Source: Anolis carolinensis (lineage: Eukaryota). From it: a stretch of DNA of 64,000 bases. Made by a program: the position numbers and the translations under genes. Shown here piece after piece: positions 37,918-48,832 of this stretch. Within the stretch, counting starts at the first letter, position 1. Each line of letters starts with the position of its first letter. The notes beneath the pieces were generated by a model. The model made no database searches. It had not been told where the DNA came from and worked only from the letters and a program-made list of their open reading frames with translations. Where the stretch lies: the NCBI RefSeq assembly GCF_035594765.1, contig NC_085841.1:319619402-319683401 (forward strand). The letters are read 5' to 3'.

Positions 37918-38137
37918 TGTGTTGTCGAAGGCTTTCATTGCTGGGATCACAGGGTTGTTGTATGTTTTCCGGGCTGTATGGCCATGTTCCAGAAGTATTC
38001 TCTCCTGACGTTTCGCCCACATCTATGGCAGGCATCCTCAGAGGTTGTGAGATATGGAGAAACTAAGCAAGGAAGGTTTGTATATATCTGTGGAAAGTCC
38101 AGGGTGTGAGAAGAACTCTTTGTCAGTTGGAAAGCCA
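37918..38137 (-). mobile_element. Penelope-like element terminal fragment
   Basis: Homologous to 4120-4256 and 25643-25910. Confidence 0.8.
38004..38044 (-). ncRNA. Minimal type I hammerhead ribozyme with intact core
   Basis: Minus strand CCT-CTGAGGA-T-GCCTGC-CATAGAT-GTGGGC-GAAA-CG-TC-AGG. Confidence 0.75.
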
Positions 38138-38838
38138 TTTGTTGATATATTGGTATCAGCGTTGACTATGAATCACAGTGAGGCCCAGGCCATGTCTACA
38201 TGGGCCAAATAAAATGAACTCATCTTGCAAATGCTGCAACATGCATGCACATGACATACGACCAGTTTTGTACCACAAAAGTACCACCATAGGAAAAAAT
38301 GCAAGGATAAAGGTGAGATTCTGGCAGCTGGGGCAAGCTGGATTGGGGCTGATCCAGTTTCCATACATCAATAAATCCCATAATGGTGCCACCAGGTAGA
38401 AGCAGCCTGCTGACAGAGCCTTGCTGGTGACAACTACTACTGATTAAATGGATTAGCACCCTGTTGTGACTTCGCCAGATATGATGTCACCAGCAAGGAT
38501 CTGGAAGGAAGCTACTTTTGGCTGGTGAAGCAGTGGTGGCAGTAGCAGACCCAATGCACAGTTGACCCAGCTGGCTGTCTGGATTCAAAACAAGCTTTGA
38601 GGTGCTTCCATGGTGTATCCAGGGCAACTCCAGAACAGTTTTCTTCAGAGTATTTCAGCAGTCTCAATCTAATTTGTTACTCAGGCAATTCCAGCTAAAA
38701 AGTGTATTTACTATAACGAGATCTGGATTTGGCACAAGGCTCTCTTTTGTCAGTAGAAATGCCCTTTTGCAGCAGAAATACCCCTTTCTTAAAAATCTGT
38801 CACCAGCACCATCTGCCTGCAGAACTGCTGTGTTGGCT

Positions 38839-40750
38839 AATCATAGAATCATAGAATTGGAAGAGACCACATGGGCCATCTAGTCCAATCCCCTGCCATA
38901 CAGGAAAAGCACCATCAAAATACCCCTGACAGATAGTTATCCATCCTCTGTTTAAAAGCCTCCAAATAAGGAGCTTCTACCACACTCCGAGGCAGTGAGT
39001 TCCACTATTTGAACAGCTCTTACAGTCAGGGAGTTCTTCCTAATGTTCAGGTGGAATCTCATTTCCTGTAATTTGAAGTGATTGCTCTGAGTCCTAGTCT
39101 CCAGGGCAGCAGAAAACAAGCCTGCTCCTCCTTCCTTATGACAGCCTTTCAAATGTTTAAACATGGTGATCATGTCTCCTCTCAATCTTCTCTTCTGCAG
39201 GCTAAACACACCCAGCTCTTTAAGCTTCTTGTCAAAAGGCATGGTCTCAGACATTTTAGTTGCCCTCCTCTGGACAATATCTCTTTTCAATTGTGGTGCC
39301 CAGAATTGGACACAGTATTCCAGGTGAGGTCTGATTAAAACAGAATATAGAGGGACCATGACTTCCCTTGATCTAAACACTATACTTCTTTTTATATAGC
39401 CCAAAATCCCATTGGTTTTTTAGCTGCTGCATCATACTGTTGGCTCATGTTGAATTTGTGGTCCGCTAAGACTCCAAGATCTTTTTCACATGTACTGTTG
39501 TTGCGCCAAGTGTCACCCATCCTGTATCTTTGCATTTCATTTTTTCTGCCTAAGTGAAGTGTTCTAGAATTCTCCTTGTTGAAATTCATTTTATTAGATT
39601 GGGTCCATCTTGCTAATCTGTTTAGGTAATTTTGAATTCTGATCCTTTCTTCTGGAGTATTGGCTACCCCTCCTGTGTTGGGTATCATCTGCAAACCTGA
39701 TAAGTATACCCTCTAAAACTTCATCTAAGTCATTAATACAGATGTTGAACAGCACAGGGCCTAGGACAGAGCCCTACAGCACCTCACGAGTGTCTTCTTT
39801 CCAGGATTAAGATGAACAAATCCACCTAACAATAGTATTATCTAGCCCACATTTCCAAAAAACAAACAAACAGAATAGTTGAAATCTCCCATTATTACTA
39901 TGGACCTCATCACATGAATGAGGTCGAGTGCCATGATTTGCCAGCCTCATAGCAGCAATGGGATGGTAGTGGGGCAATTCTGGTGCCCTGGCCACCACAT
40001 GATGCTTGCCCATCACATGTGGGAAAGCATCGCCTCTCCGCAAAAGCCTCATTGTTCCTTATGGAATATGAGTCAGCTTCCATGTTGGCAGCAGCAGTGT
40101 TGCACCATGCTGCCATCCCAGTTTGTCCACAGGGCCCCACCAGAAGTCACCCTAAGTTGGTGGGCGGCATAAGGCTCCATGCGCAAATTAGGGTAGAAAT
40201 GTCCTAGGATGCTTCAATTGCCCTGTGTCATGAGGTCATAAGTTTCTTTTTTCTGCATGTTTGTTCATCTGTTCAAGGAAAGCTTCATCCAGGTCATCAG
40301 TCTGGCTGGAGGTCTGTAGTAGACCCACACAACTACATACTTTTCATTTCTTGCTCCCTTAAATCTTATCCAGATACTCTCAACCTGAATGTCAGGATTA
40401 AAGTCCTGCATCTCTTCACATGTGTAAAAATTCTTAACATATTCTTAACACTACCCCCCCCCCCCCTCCTATTTGGTTTATTTCTCTGAAATAAATTATA
40501 GCAGTCCATTACTACATTTCAGCTATAGGACTCATTCCACCAGATTTCACTGTTGCCTATTGCATTGTAACTGTTTTGTTGTGCTAAGAGTTCTAGTCCA
40601 TTTTGTTTATTTCCCATGCTCTGTGCATTAGTGTAGCGGCATCTAAATCTGTGGGACATTCCCCCTAGCTGGTTATTTGAGATTATTGTCCTTTTACTAC
40701 TTGGTACTTGTTTTGTTTGTCCAGGTCTCTCTTTAACCTTTGGGCTGTTT
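38839..40750 (-). mobile_element. CR1 LINE (3' UTR, RT C-terminal part, endonuclease), internally deleted and interrupted
   Basis: (ATTCTATG)n tail; YSVLIRPHLEYCVQFWAP, KRRLRGDMI, CEKDLGVL; endonuclease YYRPPSQTDDLDEAF and ORF2 start YTNAQSMGNKQ at about 40270-40645. Confidence 0.9.
39903..40237. mobile_element. Harbinger-like non-autonomous element nested in CR1
   Basis: TIRs GACCTCATCACA / TGTCATGAGGTC. Confidence 0.6.
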
Positions 40751-41911
40751 TGTTATGGTTGAGCCTTATGGCTCCGATACTGGGAGACGTGGTCGTAAGA
40801 CTCCTCGGGAGTCAGACTCTCTTGAGGAGCGAGAAAGGAAACGGCTGCGGGACTTATTTGCAGAACCAACTGACAAAGACTCCTTTGAGGGTTTTACCGA
40901 GGGAATGGAGGAAGAGATGGTTAGCTCAGAGGAGGATGATATGGAATGGACTCGTGTGAGGGAGGATTTGGGTGCCACCGGCAATTATAGTATGGGAGGC
41001 GACTGGGGAGTTGCAGGATTAGACCCGTGGACGAGCTGGAGGGATGGGACGGGATCCACAGCTGGGGATGCTGTGGGGCGTAGTCAAAGGTGTTTTAGCT
41101 CTGATGAGGAGGATGATGATGAGGCACCTGGAATTAGGGTAACAGCTGACAGCGATGAGGAGTTGTAAACTGGCATAAAATGGGGTTTAGAATCCAGGGC
41201 TAATTGCGTTGGGCAAGGTAATCTGGACGAACGCTTGGGCTCTTGTTGGGAATTTCCTGAAGACGGGTGTGATTCGTTTGCTGAATACGTAAGTTACCAA
41301 GGACACTGGGCATAGACGGCGGGAGGAACTGTGTGGGCTTTTCCTGTGCAACTTGTGTTTGATCTTAATAGCTTGGACCTCCGTCGTCTTTTTGACGGAC
41401 ATTAATTGCCTACTCTGGATTGACGCTGGACTGACTGACTGACTGACTACGACCTCGGACTATCCCTTCTGTGATTATCAGTGGAACTGGTGAACTAAAG
41501 ACGTCTGTACCTGGCCTTCGACCTTGGACCGGATTGGGACCCCGCTGACTGCTTCTGCCCTGATTGATGTGTTTGGACCCGGAGTTCGCTTGCTGCACGG
41601 AGGAGTAACAACTTAGTTAATCAACCACAGCTGTTGAGCAGCAGAGAGTAATCTGCTGCCAGTTATTTACGTTTCATTGAATCTTAGTTTACCAGTTTTT
41701 GTTTGTTTTAAGAGCCAGGCTGAAGTAAGCATTTTTGGTTTAACCCGGATTAAACTCCCGTTTAATCCGGTTTATCTTTTGAACTGTTTTTGGTGTCTTT
41801 TCATATTGAAGGCGAGTCTTTGCCTAGCCCTTTGTCTTTTACGGGCATTTTTGGTTCTGTATCCTTAATAAACTGTGTTGAATCTTATCTGGTGGCGTTC
41901 TGTCTGTGACA
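40751..41911 (+). mobile_element. Solo LTR (Gypsy-type), young
   Basis: TGTTA..TGACA termini, 5-bp TSD TGTTT (40746-40750, 41912-41916), CATAAAA at 41174-41180, AATAAA at 41867-41872, many CpGs retained. Confidence 0.9.
40755..41168 (+). CDS. LTR U3 ORF, 137 aa, basic N terminus and acidic remainder (function unknown)
   Basis: ATG at LTR position 5, open to TAA just before the TATA-like box. Contains RRGRK, RERKRLR, DKDSFEGF and SSDEEDDDE. Confidence 0.35.
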   Translation: MVEPYGSDTGRRGRKTPRESDSLEERERKRLRDLFAEPTDKDSFEGFTEGMEEEMVSSEEDDMEWTRVREDLGATGNYSMGGDWGVAGLDPWTSWRDGTGSTAGDAVGRSQRCFSSDEEDDDEAPGIRVTADSDEEL

Positions 41912-44900
41912 TGTTTAATCCAAGCATTGATAAAGTACTGTCCCCAATAATATTGTTGTTAATGTTGTGTATTCATGTGGAATTGCTGTTCGTTTTGTAT
42001 AGTTTCATTTGTGTCGTCTCATTTTCATATTTGTGTCCCGCTAACAAAAAATGGGCCCCTACACGGCACAAATTTTCATCTGGCTAACAAAAAAGAGAAA
42101 AGTGAGGCTTATTATTTATTTATTTATCTATCTATATATTAATATTTATTTATTTAAAAGACCCCGTAAGGCCAAAGCAAACCTCCCAACATAGCAAGGA
42201 GGCAGGAAGTGCCCTAGCAAGGGCCAGGGGTGGGAGGAAGCCCGCTAACAGAAAAGGTATTTCTGTGGCTCCGGTAGGGTGCTAGGGCCTTCTGGGCCTT
42301 CCTCAGGCCTTTTCCCCCCCTTTTTCTTTATTTAGGCCGCTTTGGGGCCTACCCCACCTCCTCACAGCACTCAAGGCCCTGGAAGGCCCAAGTGGCCCTC
42401 CTGCCATTGCTGGGGCCTTGCTCAGGCCTGTTTTCCTTTTTCTTTCTTAGGCTGCTTTGGGGCCTACCCTCACTCCTTCCCGGGCCTTGCATGCTGGGAG
42501 GAGGGAGGGGGTAAGCCCCAAAGCAGCCTAAAGAAAGAAGTGAACCTCCAGAGAATTATTATGAAGAGGGCACATCAGATGCACATCTAATAAAGTACTA
42601 AAATAGTAACTATAACACAATAAAACGTAATTTAAAACGAGACCAATAAAATACTTTAAATACTTCCTTGCAGTAGGAAGACAATTGCTAAAATGTCCCA
42701 TTGTTTCCTTTAAGAATAAACTTAGTAACGAATGGCATCTCTATCATAATGATTACCAGTGACAGCCATTTATTTGTTCATTTCACTTTACTAATTAAGG
42801 TTTCAAGTGGAAAGAAGAGAAAGAAGGGAAGAGGAAGCTGATTGTCATATTATACTATTTTATATTTGCAGGGTAAAAGTAAAATTAATAAGTTTTTTTT
42901 TAATTAGGAGAAGGGGGAGTACAATGGTACTCTGAAACTCTCCATAATTAAGAAATCATGGAATGACCAAGCTGCTGCTCATTTGTGAATGCTTTTGAAT
43001 ATCGCTACATTAATTCATCTTAAAAGCAATGAAGCAGACACTGTGAATCTGTCACATTTGATCCATAGGGCTCAAATACAACTATTGCTGAAGATGCATG
43101 CCATTCTTCTTAAGATCTTGGTCTCCAGATCCAATGGCTACAGAGAATGATACATCAGTAGCAAAAGAGACAATTATTTAATGCCCTTGGACATTTAGTC
43201 AAGAGTAATAGGCGCTGTTTGATAAGAGATGGATATAGGACAGAATAGGGAAATGGAAAGGGCAAAAGCCACAGAAAGGACATACAGAGATAGCAGTGAG
43301 ACTATTATTTCACAGGATGGGCACAGCTGGTGCCTTATGATGCAGGAAAAAACATTCAATGTGATGAGATTTATTCCTTAGTAAAAATGTTTAGTTTTGC
43401 CATGGTTTAAAATGAGGAAACTCTCTGAGGGTTAAGTTCTGTCGACTAGCACAGAACTTTCAATAGACATGCATAGATTTGTCTCGTGAGTCCTTCCCTC
43501 TACATTTATTTATTTATTTCCATAATTTCTATCCTGCCCTTCTCACCCGAAGGGACTCAGGGCAGCTCACAATCCGGCAAAATTCGATGCCAATATAAAA
43601 TACAAAGGATTAAAACATAGGCAATTAAAACAGTTAAACAGATTAGCAATATACAATAAATAAATTTAAAACAATACAATGCAAATTACTTAAACCATTC
43701 ATCCACAAAGCCTTGTACGCGAACCATAATAGACAGTACAAACAACCATCTTTCTCAGAGATCTTGACTCCATGTGATATATATTTCTTAGCGGGAAGTA
43801 TTTTGAGGCAACACAACCATAACCATCAAAGCCAAAACATAGTATCTTATTTCTCTCCAGGCATGAGCTAAAAGTGGCTTTATAGTAAGCATGAAAGAAT
43901 CTAAGGATGCCTTTCCTTTTCATCCTAATCTTCTCTGTGTTGACAAAGGAAGTCAAACAAAGAACGTTATGGAATTGTGTTATACCACAAAGGTGGCATA
44001 GCATAATTCCATAAAGCTGGGAACTCTGGATGATCGGGGTTCATTCTCTAATGGAGCATTTTAAATATGTTACACATATATTTGGAGTCCTTTCTTGTCA
44101 ATATGGGGAGGTCAGAAACATAGCACCCACAGTTGGATGTTTCCATGGTTTCTTCCAGGCTTATGATAAGCCCTTTTTTGGTGATCGCTTAAAGAGAGTT
44201 GTAGATGCATTTCCCTTTCACATTAAAACAAATACTGATTTAACAAAGTACTGCATGACTAAAAGAACCTTGTGTTTCTGCAGTGCTACACTATCCCTGA
44301 TAACCCAAAACTTGCCACAAAGAAATAATTTGCCAGATGGGCTGCAAATTTTATTGTATTTTACCTTCTTGCAACCTGGAAATCAAATGTTCATGATATT
44401 ACTTAAGACAAAATAAAAAGCATATGACATGGGTAATCTTTAAAAAATACCAAATAAAGATTATGTTTAGGAATTATTATCTTATCCTTCAGTTCTAATT
44501 TCTTCCTACAAGAACTTCATGACTCTTTTTGCTACATATCTCTGTTGGGCACTCTGGGAGAAAAACATTATAAAATATATCCTGGTTGCAAAAGCTCTTT
44601 GGCAATAGGATAGACTCCTTCAAAAGTTTATGGCCTCTCTTCACTGAGGGTTTTCAACAGGGGTTGTACAGTATCCTCTCAGGGATACTGTAGTAGTGGA
44701 TTTCTGCAAAGGCCTGTGGTTTTGAGTGAGACAGCTTTGAGATTACTTCCAACTCTGCTTCTATGAAAAAACAAAGAAAATGATCCCTTTTATTAGGTTC
44801 ACTCATCTAGAAGTTCTAGCTTGTTTTCATGTTCTCAAGTTTTGGAGGACTGTTCAGGAAATGTTGCATCCTCCAGTTCTGTTCCAGTCTACTACTTTAT

Positions 44901-45571
44901 GTTAAGAATTCACATGTCCTTTATGTTAGGACCTAGAATCACATACCAGGACTTAAGGGCCCTTCAATACTGCCCTTTATCCCAGGTCTGATACCAGATT
45001 ATCTGCTTTAAACTAGAATATATGAGTCCCCATTGCCAAATAATCTGGGAAAAACAGATATTCTGGGATCAGATGCTAGAAAAGAATTATATCTGTGAAA
45101 GGTAGAAATATCTGTCAGCAGTTGAAGTGTTTTCACACTGAGATTTCTTGGGGTCCCTAAAGAGATTTTTTTCCTTCACCTAGCCATCCTGCTATAAAAA
45201 GATTGTATCTCTTGATTTTGATAGGTTCTTTATTTCCTTGGCACTTGACAAATGGTAAATCATAATTGTAGAAATAAAAAATTCAGATTTGTGGCAAATT
45301 CTTCTATATTTTTGCTCTGAAAATATATTTATATTTCAAACATTAGGATTTTTAAGTACACATTCCTTTCTAAATGCAACATCTCAATATCCATGGATGT
45401 GGCCCTTCGTATTACTCATTTGTTTCTTGTCTAAATCTGTAGTCAAATTGTAAATTCAGTTTGATACCTTTCTCCTTGAAATAGCTGCACAACTTTCAAA
45501 TAATTTAGATGTCACATAAATATCTGCCATTGCAATGATTTGGATTTAAAAGTACATCACTCCTTCTAGTT

Positions 45572-45692
45572 CAGTGGTTCTCAACCTGTTTTGGCCTACA
45601 ACTCCCAGAAATCCCAGCTAGTTTACCAACTGTTAGGATTTCTGGGAGTTGAAGACCAAAACATCTGGGGACCCACCAGTTGAGAACCACTG
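45572..45692. mobile_element. Short hAT MITE
   Basis: TIRs CAGTGGTTCTCAAC / GTTGAGAACCACTG; degenerate 8-bp TSD with CTAG core. Confidence 0.85.
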
Positions 45693-46052
45693 GGCTAGAT
45701 TGTGCCTACAGAAGTTACAAACATGAGGATGGACAAATATAGGGAAAGATGACTTAAAACATGGAGGTGAAGAAAAGAAGAAAAATGGAAGAAATGAAAG
45801 CCAAAATACATAGGACAAGTGATGGATATTTAAACTTAGCCACTACTACACCAGGTCTCAAAAATGTGCTTAGAACCATGCTGTCATGGTTCAACGTTCT
45901 GAAAATACATAGTAGATGCTGCTTAGAATTCATGTTTGAAATATTGTGTCCATGTTGTGTTAACACTAGCCATGCAAACTGGGGCATTCTAAGAATCGTG
46001 GTCTGAAAAACAACTTTTCCAAGCTCTGATACTCTTGTTAATGCTACTAGAT

Positions 46053-46388
46053 CAGGCCTGGGCAAACGTTTTGAGATGAGGCCTGCATTGCAAGGCAGGG
46101 CAGGCTGGGAGGGAGGGGATGGGGGAGGCTGAGGGTTGGCATGGGGGGGGGGGTTAACCCATGGCTGCATGATCCTCCTTCCAAGAGGAGGATTTGACAA
46201 ATGGCTGCCCAGAGCTCTTGGGAGAGCCCTGGGCAGCCACATGTGACTGCTCCATCTCTCCTCTCAACCTGGGGACAAGGCAGGCTGCTGTGTCTGCATG
46301 CTGAGAAAAGGGCCAAAGCAGAGGAGGGCCAGAGGAAAGAGCCCAAGGGGCCGCATCTGCCCAGCAGGGCTATGTTTGCCCATACCTG
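46053..46388. mobile_element. hAT non-autonomous element
   Basis: TIRs CAGGCCTGGGCAAAC / GTTTGCCCATACCTG; 8-bp TSD TACTAGAT/TGCTAGAT. Confidence 0.8.
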
Positions 46389-48612
46389 TGCTAGATTCAG
46401 GAGAAGGTATACAGAAGGCTTCATTTTTTCCCCTTGCCCACTTTCGGAAACAGGAGTACTAATTACCCCTGAAACAAAGAAGTAACCCAAGAGTTTTTCA
46501 GCCTTTCCCTTCCATTCAATTAAGAATGTCAGTTGTTCACCTCAATGAGTTAAAGATGCAAAGGAAGGTCAAAAGAAAGAATTTGTAAAGAAGAGACCAT
46601 TTGTGTAAAAAAGAAATATCACAATGAAAAAATATTTTATATAGGAGGCATCTCACTCTGAGTATTCTGTAAGAAATTGCACAGTTACAGAATGGTTTTC
46701 AAGTCAACATTCAGACAGCTTCAAAATAAATAGAGGTCCCTGACATACTTCTGCATCACATTTTTTATTCTACTGATACTATCTGTCAATCTGGTTTGAA
46801 AGTATTCATGACAGTGAAGCTCAGGATTTAAACCTTATTTTTAGAATGAACTGTTGCATTAATGAAAACCAATTGAGAGTCCTGATTCACTTGACCTTCT
46901 TTAAACATGCTGTCCTTTTAAAATGGGAAGGGAAAAGTACATTTCTTTGCTTCTCCTGGGACTAAAACAGACCAGAGAGAACTAAAAGCTGGTGAAATTA
47001 CCCCAGTCAGAGCAAGAAGATAATTATTTTTCAGGATGGGAGAGTTTATGTGTGATGGAGTATAGGCGCCTAAGACTGTCAGAAACACTAGTATAGTTCC
47101 CTAATGTTTGATGGTTGCACATCCCTGCTTTGGACACTTGGCCTTGGAGAGTCTAGAATTTTCCAACATCTTCTACCTTAAAGGCTTTATTTAAGCCTTT
47201 ATTAACAGTTCTTTAATCCTAATAAGGATCAGTTATACAGCCACCTTGCAGGATTTTTGTACATAATAAATAAAGACTGGATAAGATGATATTACATCTT
47301 CATGCTCACAAGCATCTCATTCTCATCCTAAATCTTAACAACCCCAGACCTTTCTACAAGGTATGTCAATCAGTCCTATTGCCATTTACTTCCAAGTAGA
47401 CACAGGCAGGACTGAACAGCATTTGCAAAATCTCTCATGCTCGCTTTTATACTCCCCAACAATCTGTGCATAAAAATAACAAATGAAAACAAATCCTTTT
47501 AATATTTGTGAAAATTTCATGAACTGTAAAACTCTAGTTCTATGAAATGAAAAATAATGATTCTGTAAGGGTCTACTGAATTATTTTAAATTCCTGGGCT
47601 TACCGAGTTGAGCATATTACGGTTTTAGAAAACTGCACTTTGTTACATAGCTTTCAAGCAAGAGTCAGCCACTAAATTGTTGAAGAAAATGCTGTAGGCA
47701 AAATTGCCTTGGAGTAGCTCCATGCACTAGACTTCTTTTGCAATGCATTAGTTCATCCAGAATTCAGATGCATTTTTATAGCTTTCTGCAGAGTCTGAAA
47801 GTGTAAAATGAACTCTTTTAAATGTCTATTGTAATACAGCTCTATTTGTCATTTCACTGAACCGGCTGTCAACTTTGCAAGGTTACTGAGGGTTTCCTGA
47901 AATCAGCATCTCTTTGCTCTGAAAATCTGTCTAAAGGAAAATAAGTATTCATCTTTATCTGGGGAGGGGTCAGTGACCAGGAGTGGAACGTGGGCAAGAA
48001 TATATATTGAGGTAGCATAAGAACAATCTCATCATGTGGTGTTCCATATTGTACCAAACAATCCTTGTGCTGAATGGCAACATTGCATAGTGAAATACAT
48101 ATCTTAGTGTGACATCAAATAGGTAGTTAACTGTACATGAACATGCCCTTCCTGGACCCTGAGATCTACTTTCACTGGTATGATTGGTTTAGATAAGGTC
48201 TTCACAGTGATTGCTCCTAGGCTCTGGAACTCCTTAGGGAGGCTGAAATGGCTCCTTCCTTGCTGTGTTTCCACTAGCAGGTGAATACATTTATTTCTGC
48301 AAAACTTCTAACTGAAGGTTTTAAAAGGGCTTTTAAGATAATGCCGCAATTTTTTAAAAAATGGAGTGGAATTTTCCACAAGGCAAATTGATGAAAGACT
48401 TGATAACTGTTACTGGGTTCTCTTTAGGAACTAGGGACGGTTCTACACCAACACTATAATGCAGTTTAAGGTCGACTTGAGGGTGGGGTGTACACAAAAT
48501 GCACAACCCCAATGTGTTTTGCAGCCTGCATTCAGCCAGAAACACTGCATTAAAAACTCACCACAAAGTCCAGAACAAGCCAGATAATGTGCTGCAGCAA
48601 GTATATCCCACA

Positions 48613-48832
48613 GGTAAAAGGTAAAGGTTTCCCCTGACGTTAATTCCAGTCGTGACCGACTCTGGGGTTTAGTGCTCATCTCCATTTCTAAGCCGAAGAG
48701 CTGGCATTGTCCATAGACATCTCTAAGGTCATGTGGCTGGCATGACTGCATGGAGCGCCGTTACCTTCCCACTGGAGCGGTACCTATTGATCTACTCACA
48801 TTTACATGTTTTCGAACTGCTAGGTTGGCAGG
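48613..48832 (-). mobile_element. Sauria SINE, 5'-truncated
   Basis: (ACCTTT)n tail; body ggtacctattgatctactcaca..ttcgaactgctaggttggcag; 13-bp TSD AGTATATCCCACA (48600-48612, 48833-48845). Confidence 0.9.

Noticed and set aside
43700-44416. 101-aa and 128-aa ORFs on opposite strands (possible old TE or endogenous viral fragment)
   Set aside because: No recognisable motif beyond a weak FDGY, and no splice or terminal signals.
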